The notes: generated by a model from the sequence alone, not told the origin. Counted from the first letter of the whole stretch, positions 38,201 to 50,275 are shown. The stretch: DNA of 58,993 bases, filler included, from Sphacelaria rigidula (GCA_964200075.2; 7 parts of 7 records of this genome joined end to end with filler, not necessarily neighbours in it), one strand, 5' to 3'. Made by a program: numbers and translations.

Positions 38201-39805
38201 CGCACAGTGAGTTTGCGTTGCTGTTCTAGGCACCGAAAACACCCCAAGGAACTGCAACGTCGAACCCGACGGGATCGGTCACAGAGAGTTCTATAGCAAG
38301 TGGTTCCGAGCAAATTCTGCGGCAGGAAGAACATACATGTATGCACGCATCTTTTTACGATTGTGGAGAGAACTACACGTGCGTATTTGAGCAATTGAGC
38401 ATGGTTTTTTTCATCCCCTCTTTTATTCCAGCGGACACGTACCTCTTGTCCCTCCGTCCACACAGAGACAGTTCGGTGCAACACTTTGGGTGTTGGGCGC
38501 TGGCAAACGTGGGGTGGGGGCAGGCCAACGTGCAAAAGTTCGCCCGAGAAGAAGGGGCCATGGAAGCGATACAGGTAAGCACCCCACGTGATCGCTTTTT
38601 TACCGTGCTGAACTTGAGCGCCATTTCGACTTGTGTTTCGAGCCTGCCAGGGCACGGGCGATACGTCCCCTCGACCCTCAAGCGGAGTGTTTTTATACGA
38701 AAACTTGTCGATCCCTGTACAGCCGGTGCAGGTGGGCGCTCGGAGTCCTGTGCAATATATGCAGCTGGGCGCTTCCGCCGGGAATGGGCGATAAGCGCAC
38801 AGAAGCTGCAATTGATTTCCAAAAGCAGACGGCGTTTCAATATTGTTGTCTGGTTGCTTTCAGGCTCGAGGCGCACCATGTCCGATTACAGTTTCAGACG
38901 TGTTCCCCAACTTCGCTGCCGCCAACGGTGCGCGGTACATGCTTAGTTTTAGACACGGAGGTTAAGTTTTTTCGAGGTTTTTTCGGCGACCGTTGATATC
39001 ATGACACATCAACTGCGAAGACATTTTCCGCTCATTAACCTCAAGTTATTAAAAGTATACATTTTTGTTTCTTTTTTGTTGCCCTTGCTTGAGGTTTTTT
39101 CCCTTGAGATCATGGGTATACACGTTACACGTGACGCTTTTGCGTGACACATTCGAAAATACGTAACTTAGGGTCGTTTAACGCTGCGTAAGGTTTAGGT
39201 TTTTCAATGGGACAGATGTAACGTAACGTGATGTAACGTGTGGTCCTTCGCATGAACCCTAACGTAGCGTTTTACTTTATAAATGTGACGAGGACTCCGC
39301 GTTTTTCGTGAATTTGTAACGTGTAACGTGTCACGTTAAAAATGACAAAAACAGTCTTGTTTTTACATCTGGAATATCCCAAGAGGCCGTGCTTCAAGTT
39401 TAGCACGTTACATCACGTTACGTTACATTTGTCCCGTCCAAAACATCAAAGCTTACTTGGCGTTAATCGGCTCAAAGTTACGTTTTTCTGTTTTTTTTCA
39501 AATGTGTCACGTGTGTAACGTGTATATCCCTGCTTTAGATGGTATTTTCGTTTCGCTTGCCTTGGGCACGCCCACCTTGTTATCGCAACTGTATTCCTCG
39601 GGGTTCAGGTAATGTGCAACGATTGACCAACCATTTCAATCATGTGAATATTATCTCTTCCTGGAGTTGATCCATGGTATATCTATTTTCGTGTTTGCTT
39701 GAGCAGGCGGCGATCCGCAGATTTCCGTCACACCAAGCCCTGGTAGCGAAGGCGCGGTTGGCATCGGACGTCATCTTAAGAGAAGCGGGTCTCGATCCTC
39801 TTTGA
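35211..39805 (+). CDS. Armadillo-repeat protein, spliced, 5'-partial; exons 35211-35306, 35625-35716, 36517-36576, 37213-37389, 38067-38206, 38466-38574, 39707-39805 (stop); possible upstream exon 34749-34801
   Basis: Phase-compatible splice sites join into continuous ARM repeats: AGGIAATVRAMERFPRDARIQ, AGGVKAILRGMSAFPSDTDIQGEACTVLTNL, LQRQACWALLTLA, VQHFGCWALANV. Confidence 0.85.
39111..39532. mobile_element. hAT-type MITE in the last intron of the ARM gene
   Basis: TIRs CATGGGTATACACGTTACAC / GTGTAACGTGTATATCCCTG. 8-bp TSD CTTGAGAT / CTTTAGAT. Many ACGTTAC subterminal motifs. Confidence 0.85.
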
Positions 39806-41240
39806 CGGGTGTTCGTGCTTCTGTCACACGAGTAGTGTCGAGTAAAGATACGAGAGTGTTGTTGCGGACATATGGGGACATTTCTTCGGATTTTTCCAGA
39901 TATGAAGACCCCCATCTCTTAACAAGTACTTTGCCTGTTAGCAGGTGTTCTTGTCTTGTTTGTAGGTTGTTTGAGCGATAACTTTCCTCAGGACCGACCC
40001 CTTTAGACCCCCTTGTCGCCGCCTTTGTAGTACTGTGTGCTTGGACCTAGACTGAGGAGATCTCTGATGTGACCATGCCGGGACTTGACCCCATACCGTA
40101 TGCACCGTTCTTCAACCCGGCGTTTGTCCTTGGAACCACTGATTGCGTACTCGTCCAGAGGTCAGGTGCCCGTTCGTGAAATCAATGATCTGGGGTTCGT
40201 GTCCCTGCATAGCAGAGTAGGCTTTCGGTAAAATATGGGCGTTGAGTGGATAGGCTTGGAAGGAGTTGGGGCTCCGGAGTCCTCTGATGTAATCAGGCGG
40301 GACGGACGACACACTGCATATCTTGAGCTTAATAGCGAACCGTTGGCCAGTGAGCTTAACTTTTGATAGTGAGTACTTAGAATTTACCGGTTAATAATTA
40401 ACCTTAGCTTATCGGATAGCTGCCTTTCTTTCGCTTGGAAGTAGCTAAATGCCAATCCTTCGCCGCCTGTTGCTGAGAATAGTTATGATAGTGCCTTTAT
40501 AGAAACACGTACAAAGAATGGCAATGTGTCACAATTTCAAGAGGCGAATCACCTGCCAGCGCGGGTCCCATGCTCAACGATCATCATTTCACTAAATTAC
40601 GGTTCTTACCCCTTAGACCGCCAGGTTAGTCTTCTGTTGAATCAGCATCAATTTCAAGTGAAAAATTGTATGCATGATCCAGAAAGACTAATCTCGCGGT
40701 CTAAGGGTTAACTTGAAATTCCTCGGCCGTGTTGCCCTATGTTGAGAGCAGTTTGCGTCTCTTGAGGAGATGAACGCTGAGCTTCACCGTTAACATGCAG
40801 CAGTACGGGTAGCACTATGCAGAGTCTTATGGTTCTCTGTTGATTTATTTTGTACTCCGGTGTGCTATTTATTCACTCATCCCCTCCCTTTGAATGACTA
40901 CGGCATGCAAGATCATGATCGCACCCCCTCTCTTTAGGGTTGGCGTCGGTTGGCAATAGCGTTGTAACAGCTTAAACTCACTGAGTGAGCCAGGCGACAA
41001 GGTAGCCGATTTTTTTCTCGCTAGTTTTTTTTTGCGGTAGTGATGATGTTCGAGTTAGATCATATTGTTCGGGGTGGAGAACCTGAGCTCCGCGCAAGGG
41101 GGAAGATTGTACGATGCAGTATATATGATGAGACACCCATCAGGCAGTGTAAGCCCTGGCCGTCTTGAAGTGGCGATACCAGAAAAGGAAGCAACACATT
41201 CGAGACTATCGTGTATATGCAAGATTTCAGGGAGGGAGGG

Positions 41241-41283
41241 TGTACTCATGATCATGCATGCCGTAGTCATCAGACCATTGACC
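41241..41283 (-). mobile_element. 43-bp 5'-truncated retroposon tail with perfect 15-bp TSD
   Basis: TTCAGGGAGGGAGGG at 41226-41240 and 41284-41298. The insert matches the 3' end of copies at 43758-43970, 46487-46690 and 40893-40925. Confidence 0.8.
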
Positions 41284-42341
41284 TTCAGGGAGGGAGGGAA
41301 GGGGAGGAATATTTTGGGTCATTTCTTCCACGATATTCCACTTTAAATCGCCGTTGAAAGCACCAACGCTTGTTCTAGCACGCTTGTTATCAGTAAGACA
41401 CACTCATTCACACCACTTGACACCGTTTCACCCAAACACAAAATCACCGCGAGTAGTTAGGTCATCCTACACACACCTGCGGGCCCCTGTTTTCCGTGGA
41501 GGCAACTCCCCCCTCCCTATCGTAGCATCACCCTACACAACATATCCGTGGTGAAAGCGGTAACGGAAGGAGGGCTTGGTCCGTGACGCAACAGCATGTC
41601 GTTCTCTGTATAGGTAGGAAGGTAGGTCTGTTTGAGTCGCGGCCCGTTTTGCTGTCTGGACAGTGCCTAGGACCGTTGTGCTACCCGACAAGCGTTGTCG
41701 TTGCCCGACAACCGTTGTAATACTCCGAAGTAGAATTTTTCCAAAGTTGATGCATTGCCTGTACCGGATAAGAAGCCTGCCCTCAAACGCTTTCAGGAAA
41801 ATCAATAACTGTCCGGATATATTTGAAAATCTTACTGAAATATTTGTCGAACTCTCCGTGCAGAGCAGTGACGCAGCAATCCTATTCGCCCTTCGGGGTT
41901 TAATATTTTTGGGCATATTCCTTTGGGTCGCGAGCCCTGGGGTTCCTTTGGGGTATCTGCAACTGTTGTTGCAGAAGAGAGTGGTGCCGTGATAGCTCCC
42001 ACCCCTCTGGTCAATGGTCGAACGACTAAGGCAAGCAACAAATGGGTACGCCGCGCGAGCGCCCCCCTGCCCGCCCCCACCCCCCGCCGCCCTTGTACCG
42101 CACACCACCCGNNNNNNNNNNNNNNNNNNNNNNNNNNNNNNNNNNNNNNNNNNNNTTAATTAATTAANNNNNNNNNNNNNNNNNNNNNNNNNNNNNNNNN
42201 NNNNNNNNNNNAAACAAAAATATATTATTTTTACAAAAAAAATCATTAAACCACACCACACCCCCCCCTTAACCACCCCACAAAAAAAAAAAAAAAAAAA
42301 TGCAGACGAAAAATCCGACGCTTAATAGTCGGAGAAATCTA

Positions 42342-42983
42342 TACGAGCTGGGACAACCCACAGTTTTTTTTTTTTTTTCCCCTCGGTTTACAGGTGATGC
42401 GGGGCTTAATTTGAGGAGGTAAGCGCTGAACGCTTGACACACGACATTATTGTCATCAACACGCGCAACATCTCCAGGGATGGCAAGAAGAAGAAGAAGA
42501 AAATAAATAAATAAATAAGGCGATTTAAAAATTCAGCAAAAACAAGAAAAAATCAGTACGAGTAGTTCGCGAGAAAATAAACGGCAGCATCCCCCCTCAC
42601 GAATTTTACATTTGCGCGCAGAAGATCCTGGTAACTTTCCGGCTAGAACCTTCTAAAGTTGGGCCCAGCGGGGAAATTTTTCTGTGACACCGCTGCGCCC
42701 CGGTAATCTAAGTGATACATACAAGAGACTCCAGTTGTGGAGGTGACGAGTTCGAATCCCGACATATTCTCTTTTTTCTCACAGACATTGGTCCCGTCGT
42801 TGAGGTAATGCAGTATACACAACCGTCTTTTTCCTTCTTCATTTTCATTTTCGGTGGGAGGACGTGCATGACCAGGTTGGTCCGCAGTTCACAGCGATAT
42901 GGTTACATCAGGTGAATTCGGGAAGCTTGAGAAGTTGTGTGTACAGAGAGGGGTTCTACGTTTCACGACTGGTTCAGCTCGTA
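42342..42983 (+). mobile_element. TA-flanked MITE (TACGAGCTG ... CAGCTCGTA) carrying a tRNA-like A/B-box module
   Basis: Short TIRs. The interior is homologous to 56668-57100. GAGTTCGAATCCCG at ~42748. Confidence 0.7.
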
Positions 42984-43266
42984 CCCCAGTCTCGAATTGA
43001 ATCTATCGTCAAATCTGATAATTAAAATACATTTTGGAGGGGAAAAGAAATATATAGGGACCCGCCAATAATACCTTTCGAGTACATCGTGCACAACCTG
43101 CCCCCGTCTACACGTCGCTTATTGGGCTCTGCAGGACTTTATGCGGCGACCAACCAGCCAGAGTTCAAACAGCATCTAGCAATATTATACTGTGTTATCA
43201 TACAGTATCACATGACGGGAATACTCGAGCTTGAACTACTGTGGTACGGAAGGCAAAAATTCCAAC

Positions 43267-44406
43267 CTTGGAGGCAGGCATGGGCCTGTCGCTGTTTCCA
43301 CTCTCTCTCGGCAGGATGGCCCCGTTGATGACAAACCCGACCAGATTAGCGGCGCGCAGAGCATCGCGCAGATATTCCTGTAACAGGGGCACGAGTATTT
43401 TTTTTCGGTATTTGGTTCGTGAGCGCACAGGGAAACGATGAGAGAGGTCAAAATGACGACGACGACGACGACGACGATGACGACGACGAGGAAAACAACA
43501 ACCACAACGGCACGACACCATGGACAATGACATTACATTAAGTTGGCAAAAAAGTGCACCTGATCCTCGCAGGAGAGCACGTGCTGCCGGAGGGCCGTGG
43601 CGTCGAGACTAGTGAACAGCAGACTGCTTCGAACCAACTCCGGTACTGTGTTGCCCAGTATATCGGCTGCCCAACCTCCGCAAATGGATCGGCCTGCAAA
43701 GTCAGAAATGGACGCGACGGCGGGGGGGATGGGGATGGGGGGCAGGATGGGATGTAATATACTCGTGATCTTGCATGCCGTTGTCATGATATCATTGACC
43801 TCGCATCCCTAAAAAGCCGGGACGGAGCACGCCGGGTTTTGGCCGGACCAGGCACGCAATCAATCAATCACCAAGCGCGAAGCGTCGTGATGTGTTCAGC
43901 GAGTCGCATGAAGGGTGAGCTGCTGCATCCTGCTAAGATGATTCGGCCCGAAGCGTACTGGTCGTCTTGCACACGGACGACAGCCTGAATGGATGATGAC
44001 CTATATTGCTGTCTACCTCACGTATTACCCTACAGTCAGTCACAATCCAATCTTCTGGTTTTTCACCTCTGACAGGCACGGCCACGGTAAAGCTGAATGG
44101 ATGATGACCTATATTGCCGCCTACCTCACAGATTGCGGTACAGTCAGTCACAATCCATCCTTCTTGTTTTTCACCTCTTGCAGGCATGGCCACGGTAAAC
44201 CTCGCCTCCACCGCGCCCCCAGCTTGAACCACCACGCTAGTACGTTCCAGGATGTGCTGCCCCGGCTCGTCGATAGTGATCTCGCCACCTTTTGCGCCAG
44301 ACCAGCCGCCGCTCTGCGTGCGCTGATCTGCGCCGGCTCTCTGAGCGGCCTCAAGGAATCGTCTAGTCAGAAAGTCGCAAAGGGCCACCTTACGCACCTG
44401 GCAAAA

Positions 44407-44442
<36 letters not shown>

Positions 44443-47400
44443 ACACACGCAAGAAGGAAAAAACCAGGAAAACATGCTCTTGGTGTGTTTGAAATACTCG
44501 TCTTCTTGTTCCTGTTTTTTGTTTCTTGTCTTATTCATCTTACTTTTTGGTGTGTTGTGTTGTTTTGTGTGGTGTGTTGTCATCCCATCTGTGCTTGACG
44601 CCAGTCTTTACCATTCGGCTTACGTGGGTACATCAAGCCAGGTCACAGAAGAAAGGTCAACACAAAGAGTTTTTATCCCCTTGTTTTCGTTTTTTTCGCG
44701 CTTGTGTTCCTTCTGCGATGCTTGCTTGTCTTTTTCGCCGCGAGAAGGGGCCAGCGGTCCCTTTTGCTCATCGACCGTGAAGTCGAAATTTTCATCCCAA
44801 CGACACACAACGGACGCTTTTCACTGGGGGGCATGATGTAAGAACAAGACCCAGATCGTGTGACTGCACCGAGATCCGAACCCGTCTAAACCTTCAGAAT
44901 AAATCGACATTATGTGAATGTTTTTTACTTGTGTGAAAATCCAGTGTAGGGGTGGACCTATAGTGAGTACACAGAAGAGTACAGTGGAGTACAGGAGAGT
45001 AGAGTGCAGTAGAGAACAGTTGAGTATAGTCGAGTACAGTTCAGTAGGGTACAGCACAGCACAGCACGGTGCGTCGCATGCCATTGGTTACCTTCTTCTC
45101 TTGAAAAATTAGCCTCGTCCGACCAAATTGAAAAGACACACGAGAAAAAGAGAGAAAGACGTTTGTGAGGGGGAGGAGGTAAAGTATCGCAATTTCGTTT
45201 GTTAGTTCATCCTATTCAATTTTTCTTCCTTCATTGTGTGCGTTGTTATTGTTGTTGTTGTCACTACCTCCTTTCTTATTTTCTGTCTGTGGCTGCTTCT
45301 GTCTTCTTCTGTTCCCCTCCTTCTTTTTTTCTGTTATTTTTGGTGCTGGTCCTGACCACAAGCTGGATTGTTGCAAATCAGCTAAAATATGAAACAATCA
45401 ATCCAATCAGTCCATCATTGTATTTCCGCTTATCTGAGAATGAACAGAGAGCGGACGGGCCCATAGCAAGTCAGTACAGTAAGTTGTTCCGTGCTGTAGG
45501 TAAACAGATAATGACGCAATATCCCGAGGGTAATGAGTTTTTCACCGTCCATGGTTTCACTGTAATAAAATGGTCTCGCACCACCAAACTAAACAAAGAT
45601 CGTTTTCCAATAGTGAAAGTCTCCCAATCATTCTGTCCAATGACACAACATGCCATGATCTGTTTTGTCCAACCAATGACCAACACATTCGCGGGGCGTG
45701 GTCGCAAAACATCTCCATACAAAACGCCAAGTTGAAAAAACCATCATCCGGGGGGGGATGAATGACATACAGTACAGTGACTTATTGTTGCGTCATCTTC
45801 TCGCACCGCTCAACATTTTCGCGTTTTCGTCCCAACAGCAGTTTGGGCGTTGGGACGTGCTTCGAAGAAGTCATCGGGACGTGCTTCGAAGAAGTCATCA
45901 CATAGCAGTCATTGTTATTAATGAGGCATAAATACGTACACACGCAGATCTAGACGCGGAAAATGAGACTCATGCGATAAGTCTTCATAGTGGAACACAA
46001 ATACAGGGGGGAAGGGGGAAGGGGAAAGGGGGAGCAAACCAGGAATGGACGAAATAAAAAAATAAAAAACAAACCCACGCAAAACAAAACAGAACAAGGC
46101 GAAACAAGAGAACCGAAGCGAAGCACTATACCCTTAACAAAACGAAACAAAAATGAAACAGGACCAAAAAGAACTAACTGCAGCAACTACAAAAAAAATG
46201 AAAAAAACACAGAGCCATCCAGCTCTCGACACGCGTCAAGCATCATCACCAACGTTCCCTTCCTGCCTTGCCGACACCTCGATAACTTACCTTTGTAGAG
46301 AACGCCTCCGCTGGAAACCCGGCAACGCTGCCCGGAATCACGACGTGGAACCTGGAGGGGGCAGCAAATGGATCTGCCTGTATCTTATCGACGTGTAGGC
46401 TAAACTCGGGAAGACTCTGTTCACAACGCCGGAGGAAATCCACGGGGCGCATGGCAGATGGAGGGAGAGGGGCGTCGTGGGGGGATATACTCATGATCTT
46501 GCATGCCGCAGTCATAAGACCATTGACCTCGCATCCCCTACAAAGCCCGGACGGAGCACGCCGGGTTTTCGCCGGACCAGGCTCGCAATCAATCGCCAAG
46601 CGTGAAGCGCCGTGACTTGTCCGGCGAGTCGCATGAGGGGTGAGCTGCATCCTACTAAGCTTGTCCGGCCCGAATCGTACTAATTATCTTGAATATGGAT
46701 GGCAGTCTCGAACAAGATGCTTCATTTTGTGGTATTGCCACTTCCAGAGACAGCCACGGGCTACGTACTGCTTCATGGGTGGCTCACCATGTAAACATCT
46801 ACGTGATACAATCATCCCCTTGGCGCGGAGTTCGGCTTCTCCGCCCCGCACAATATGATCGAGCTCGATCACCATTACGGTGAACGCAAAAAAAAAAACG
46901 CAGGCAGAGAAACAAGGTGACCCGCTTGCCTAGCTTACGCAGTGAGTGGCGTGTTTTACAGGGACATTGCCAACCTACGCCAACCCTCAAAAAGCGCGCG
47001 CGCGGGGGGGTGGAGAGGGGGGCAAACGTGAAGATCCTGGTAGAGGTTAGGTGAAAAATGAAATTATTCTCAGGAACCAAAACCCAAGTATGTATAGTAG
47101 ATGATGACACTAATATAATTAAGTTGAACAGGGGGCAGGTGGTGCCATGTAGCCGTCGAAATTTTCCAAGGGTCGGACGAATTAATGATTCGTTCGGAAA
47201 TTACGTGATTTAAGTGAAATTGATTCATACCGTACGAATCAGTCCTTAGGCTTTGTTTCCAGCATTGTAACCCAGGTATGCGCAGCCCAGGCACGTCGAA
47301 TGGCGCAAAAGTTGCGTGGATACCTACTTGATCAGCGGTCAACTTTTTTCTCTCTTTCGAGCGATCAGGCCTAAGCAATCGTGGATTTGGTAATTCGAAC

Positions 47401-48415
47401 GGGCGATGATTCTTCCGAACCGTAAAATTTTCCACACCATGGGCAATATATGGTCATTAGATGCAATGGATAAAAAATGTGCTGGGTAACGTATGGGCCT
47501 ATCGCAGCTATTGGCGGTCGACCCTAATTACAACAGGCCTACACATTATACGGTACACTCATTGTCTGTTGACATTAATATCCATATATGTCCACGGTGA
47601 TAAATTTTACAACGACCACACTCTCCAAGTATATGGGGAAGTATATGGGGAAGCATTTTCAATGCCTCGGGTATTCAGCAGAATCATACAAAGCACGTGT
47701 GTATGCTGTATGTACCATACCACATGTCAAGCTGTATAGGCTGGCTCAGGGTGACTGCCCAAAATATATTCCCCACTAGATACAGAAGGCAAAACTAACC
47801 CGATAGACACATATTTGGTATCTTAGTGGCATTTTCTTGAACGAGTGTATCAGTCTTGCTTTTCCAGGGTACGTTTATCATGCGACCACGGCTGGACTCA
47901 TGGGTGGTCAGTTAAAGTGCGACAATCAGTCTGATCAATCGAGTGCTCCCCACGAGTAGGTCAATCGCGTTGCGTCGTCAGAATTCTTCATGCGCCCTTT
48001 GCTGTGGCGCCACGTACTATCGTAAAAAATCGGTAGGTACCGGCAACAAAAGGAAAGCGACTATCCTAGTTCCTGTTCAAGAAAGATCCTAAGGTTACGG
48101 AACAAAGCGACTGTTCACGTATGACATAGTTCTTCCCCACAGCAGTGTTTTACTTCGTCACACCTGCCCACCAAAGCTCCAAGAACCTTCGATGTCCTTG
48201 TAGCCCGGATACTGCCGCCCGTCTAGCCGTCGCAACGTTTCCACCATCTGGAACGCCTGTCCGCTCCTGTTTTTATTTTTTTTGCGTCCGTCCGTCCGTC
48301 CGTATATGCGTGCGTGCGTTCGATCGTGTGTCATAATCCAGTGTGTTTTACATGCCACAAGGGCAGCAGCAACTAACAAGAAACGCTGAGAGGCTTGGGG
48401 TTTACTTCGAAGCAT
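43267..48415 (-). CDS. Predicted ABC-class ATPase (COG3044 / ABC_ATPase-like), N-terminal exons only: 48164-~48260 (ORF open up to 48415), 46291-46416, 44175-44397, 43560-43693, 43267-43377
   Basis: Phase-compatible GT-AG junctions give LRRLDGRQYPGYKDIEG, VDKIQADPFAAPSR, ALCDFLTR, KGGEITIDEPGQHILERTSV, MPARGRSI, EDQEYLR, FVINGAILPRESGNSDRPM. These match the family N-terminus as I recall it. The Walker A exon was not found in this contig. Confidence 0.85.
43758..43970 (-). mobile_element. SINE-like repeat in an intron; homologous copy at 46487-46690
   Basis: About 200 bp of clear similarity between two introns of the same gene, ending in GGCATGCAAGATCA(C/T)GAGTA. Confidence 0.7.
43985..44199 (-). 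repeat. 108-bp tandem duplication spanning an exon end and splice donor
   Basis: CTGAATGGATGATGACCTATATTGC starts at 43985 and 44093. Both units contain AG|GTGAAAAA on the minus strand. Confidence 0.9.
46487..46690 (-). mobile_element. SINE-like repeat in an intron (second copy)
   Basis: Homologous to 43758-43970. Confidence 0.7.
47435..47599. mobile_element. CACC-ended MITE (possibly CACTA/CMC-like)
   Basis: CACCATGGGCAATATATGG ... CCATATATGTCCACGGTG. Confidence 0.65.
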
Positions 48416-48675
48416 ATTGCATAGATACGAAAGACGAAGCAGCGAAAGACATTCTGGTCCATACGATACAAGCTGGAGCGCAGCACAGCAGCAGAATAAT
48501 GGACTTGACCATAAATGTTCCGAAAGGTCACCCGTACCTGACTACTGTCGATGATTGACAACGTGAGGAATAACTTGAAATGAGAGTCGATGCGGCGCGG
48601 GCGTGCTGATGGTCATGATCCAATCTGCGACACAAAAATGAAAGGTTTGCTACAGGAGAGCAGGTGGGTTATATG

Positions 48676-48917
48676 CAAGGGTGTACACGTTACACTAGTT
48701 ACGTGTCACATCGTGTCACGTTTCACATCTAAAGTTCAGCCAGGCTGGTACCACGATGGAGTATGAGGACTGCATGGACAGCCTTGATTAGTGAAAATGG
48801 ACTAATCAGGGCTGCCCATGCGGTCCCCATACTCCACCGTAGTACCAGCCAGGCTGAACTTTTGACGTGAAACGTGACACGACGTGACACGTAACTAGTG
48901 TAACGTGTACACCCTTG
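48676..48917. mobile_element. hAT-type MITE, almost entirely palindromic
   Basis: CAAGGGTGTACACGTTACACTAGTTACGTGTCAC / GTGACACGTAACTAGTGTAACGTGTACACCCTTG. 8-bp TSD GTTATATG / GTTATATC. Confidence 0.9.
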
Positions 48918-49858
48918 GTTATATCCCTTGAGACCATGCATTCTCGCCTCGAGGGAGGGGAGGGGCTAAATAAAGGTGTGACGACAACAACACAAAACTC
49001 CCAACCTTGTTGTTGTCTTCACATCAAAAACCGTTCCGATATCTGCGCGGTACATTCGTACTGGGCATCTGATGCGGACGCCATCCGCGGTCACAGGCTA
49101 GCCACATATAATAAGATATGAGGAAATCAAACAAAGCCAGAAAAAAAAAGGGCCCCGAAAAAAACTCACAACCGATACAGGGAAAACAGGAATAAATAAT
49201 AAAGAAGAAAGAGAATAAATATGGCTAACCTCAAAAGATCCGGTGCCACAGGTGGCCATTCGGACTTCAGGGGGTGGCGCCCGACTTTGCAACTCGACGC
49301 ACGAGGCCAAGTAGAATGAACACAGGGTCCGACTACGGGAGGAACTCAAGGCCCAAAGACCACCAACCAAATAACTAAGAATCGCAAGGTCCTATCCTTC
49401 GACCTCTGGAGGGACAGCCATACGTACAAGCATACAAGACATATCAAGACAAGGACCGGATGACATACTGCTGAAAATCGGACCCGTTAACCTAATCTTG
49501 GAATCATTTCTTCAGGGTCGTGTACTGGAGGGTACGGGTACGCTCAGTAGGGATTGACTTCAACAGAATTTGCAGAACTGTGGAGTACGGGTATGGAGCT
49601 TGTGCAGACACTACAGAAGCCCTTACCCGCAAACCTGGTATTTCTGGGAGGGTTATACCCGCACGACGAGTAAGGGTAAATATTTCGTGAATATTTTGCA
49701 GAACTGTCTGTCATGGGCAATACCCGGGTAAATTAACCCGAGTATACAGAAAAATCGCAATCTACAGAACACAAACTTGGGTTTTCCCGATACAATGAAA
49801 CGCCGCACCCCCGTGATCTAGCTGGTACACCCGCGGCCTATCACGGCAGAAAGTTTCG

Positions 49859-50275
49859 CACCCTGGACAATATATGGTCACTAGATGCAATAGACCAAAC
49901 ATGTACTGGATAAAGTACAAGCATATATTGCAACTATTGTCGACAATAGTTGCAATTAGGTCTATACTTTATCCAGTAGACTAGAGAACACAAACTTCGA
50001 TATTCTCGATAAAAAAAATGTACCGGGTAAAGTATAGGCCAATTGCAACTATTGTTGTCAACAACATACAATAGACCAAAAATGTACTGGATAAAGCGTA
50101 GGCCTACTGCATCTATTGTCGTCGACAACAAACCATAGACAAAAATGTACTGGATAAAGTATAGGCGCATTGCAACAATTGTCGGTCGACAGCAGTTGCA
50201 CGACGCCTACACTTCGTCCAGTACATTTTTGGTCCACTACATCTGTCATCTATTGACCATATATTGTCCACGGTG
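49859..50275. mobile_element. CACC-ended MITE with ~60-bp internal repeats
   Basis: CACCCTGGACAATATATGGTCA ... TGACCATATATTGTCCACGGTG. Repeated ATGTACTGGATAAAG units in both orientations. Confidence 0.75.

Noticed and set aside
44410-45070. (CA)n run and AGTAC/AGTAG pentamer tract; also (GAC)n at ~43453-43490 and a 24-bp tandem pair at ~45852-45899
   Set aside because: Ordinary intronic simple repeats.
49890-50230. CRISPR-like repeat/spacer pattern (ATGTACTGGATAAAG units; also 23274-23400)
   Set aside because: The intervening sequences are similar to each other, orientations are mixed, the array is enclosed by MITE TIRs, there are no cas genes and the context is eukaryotic.
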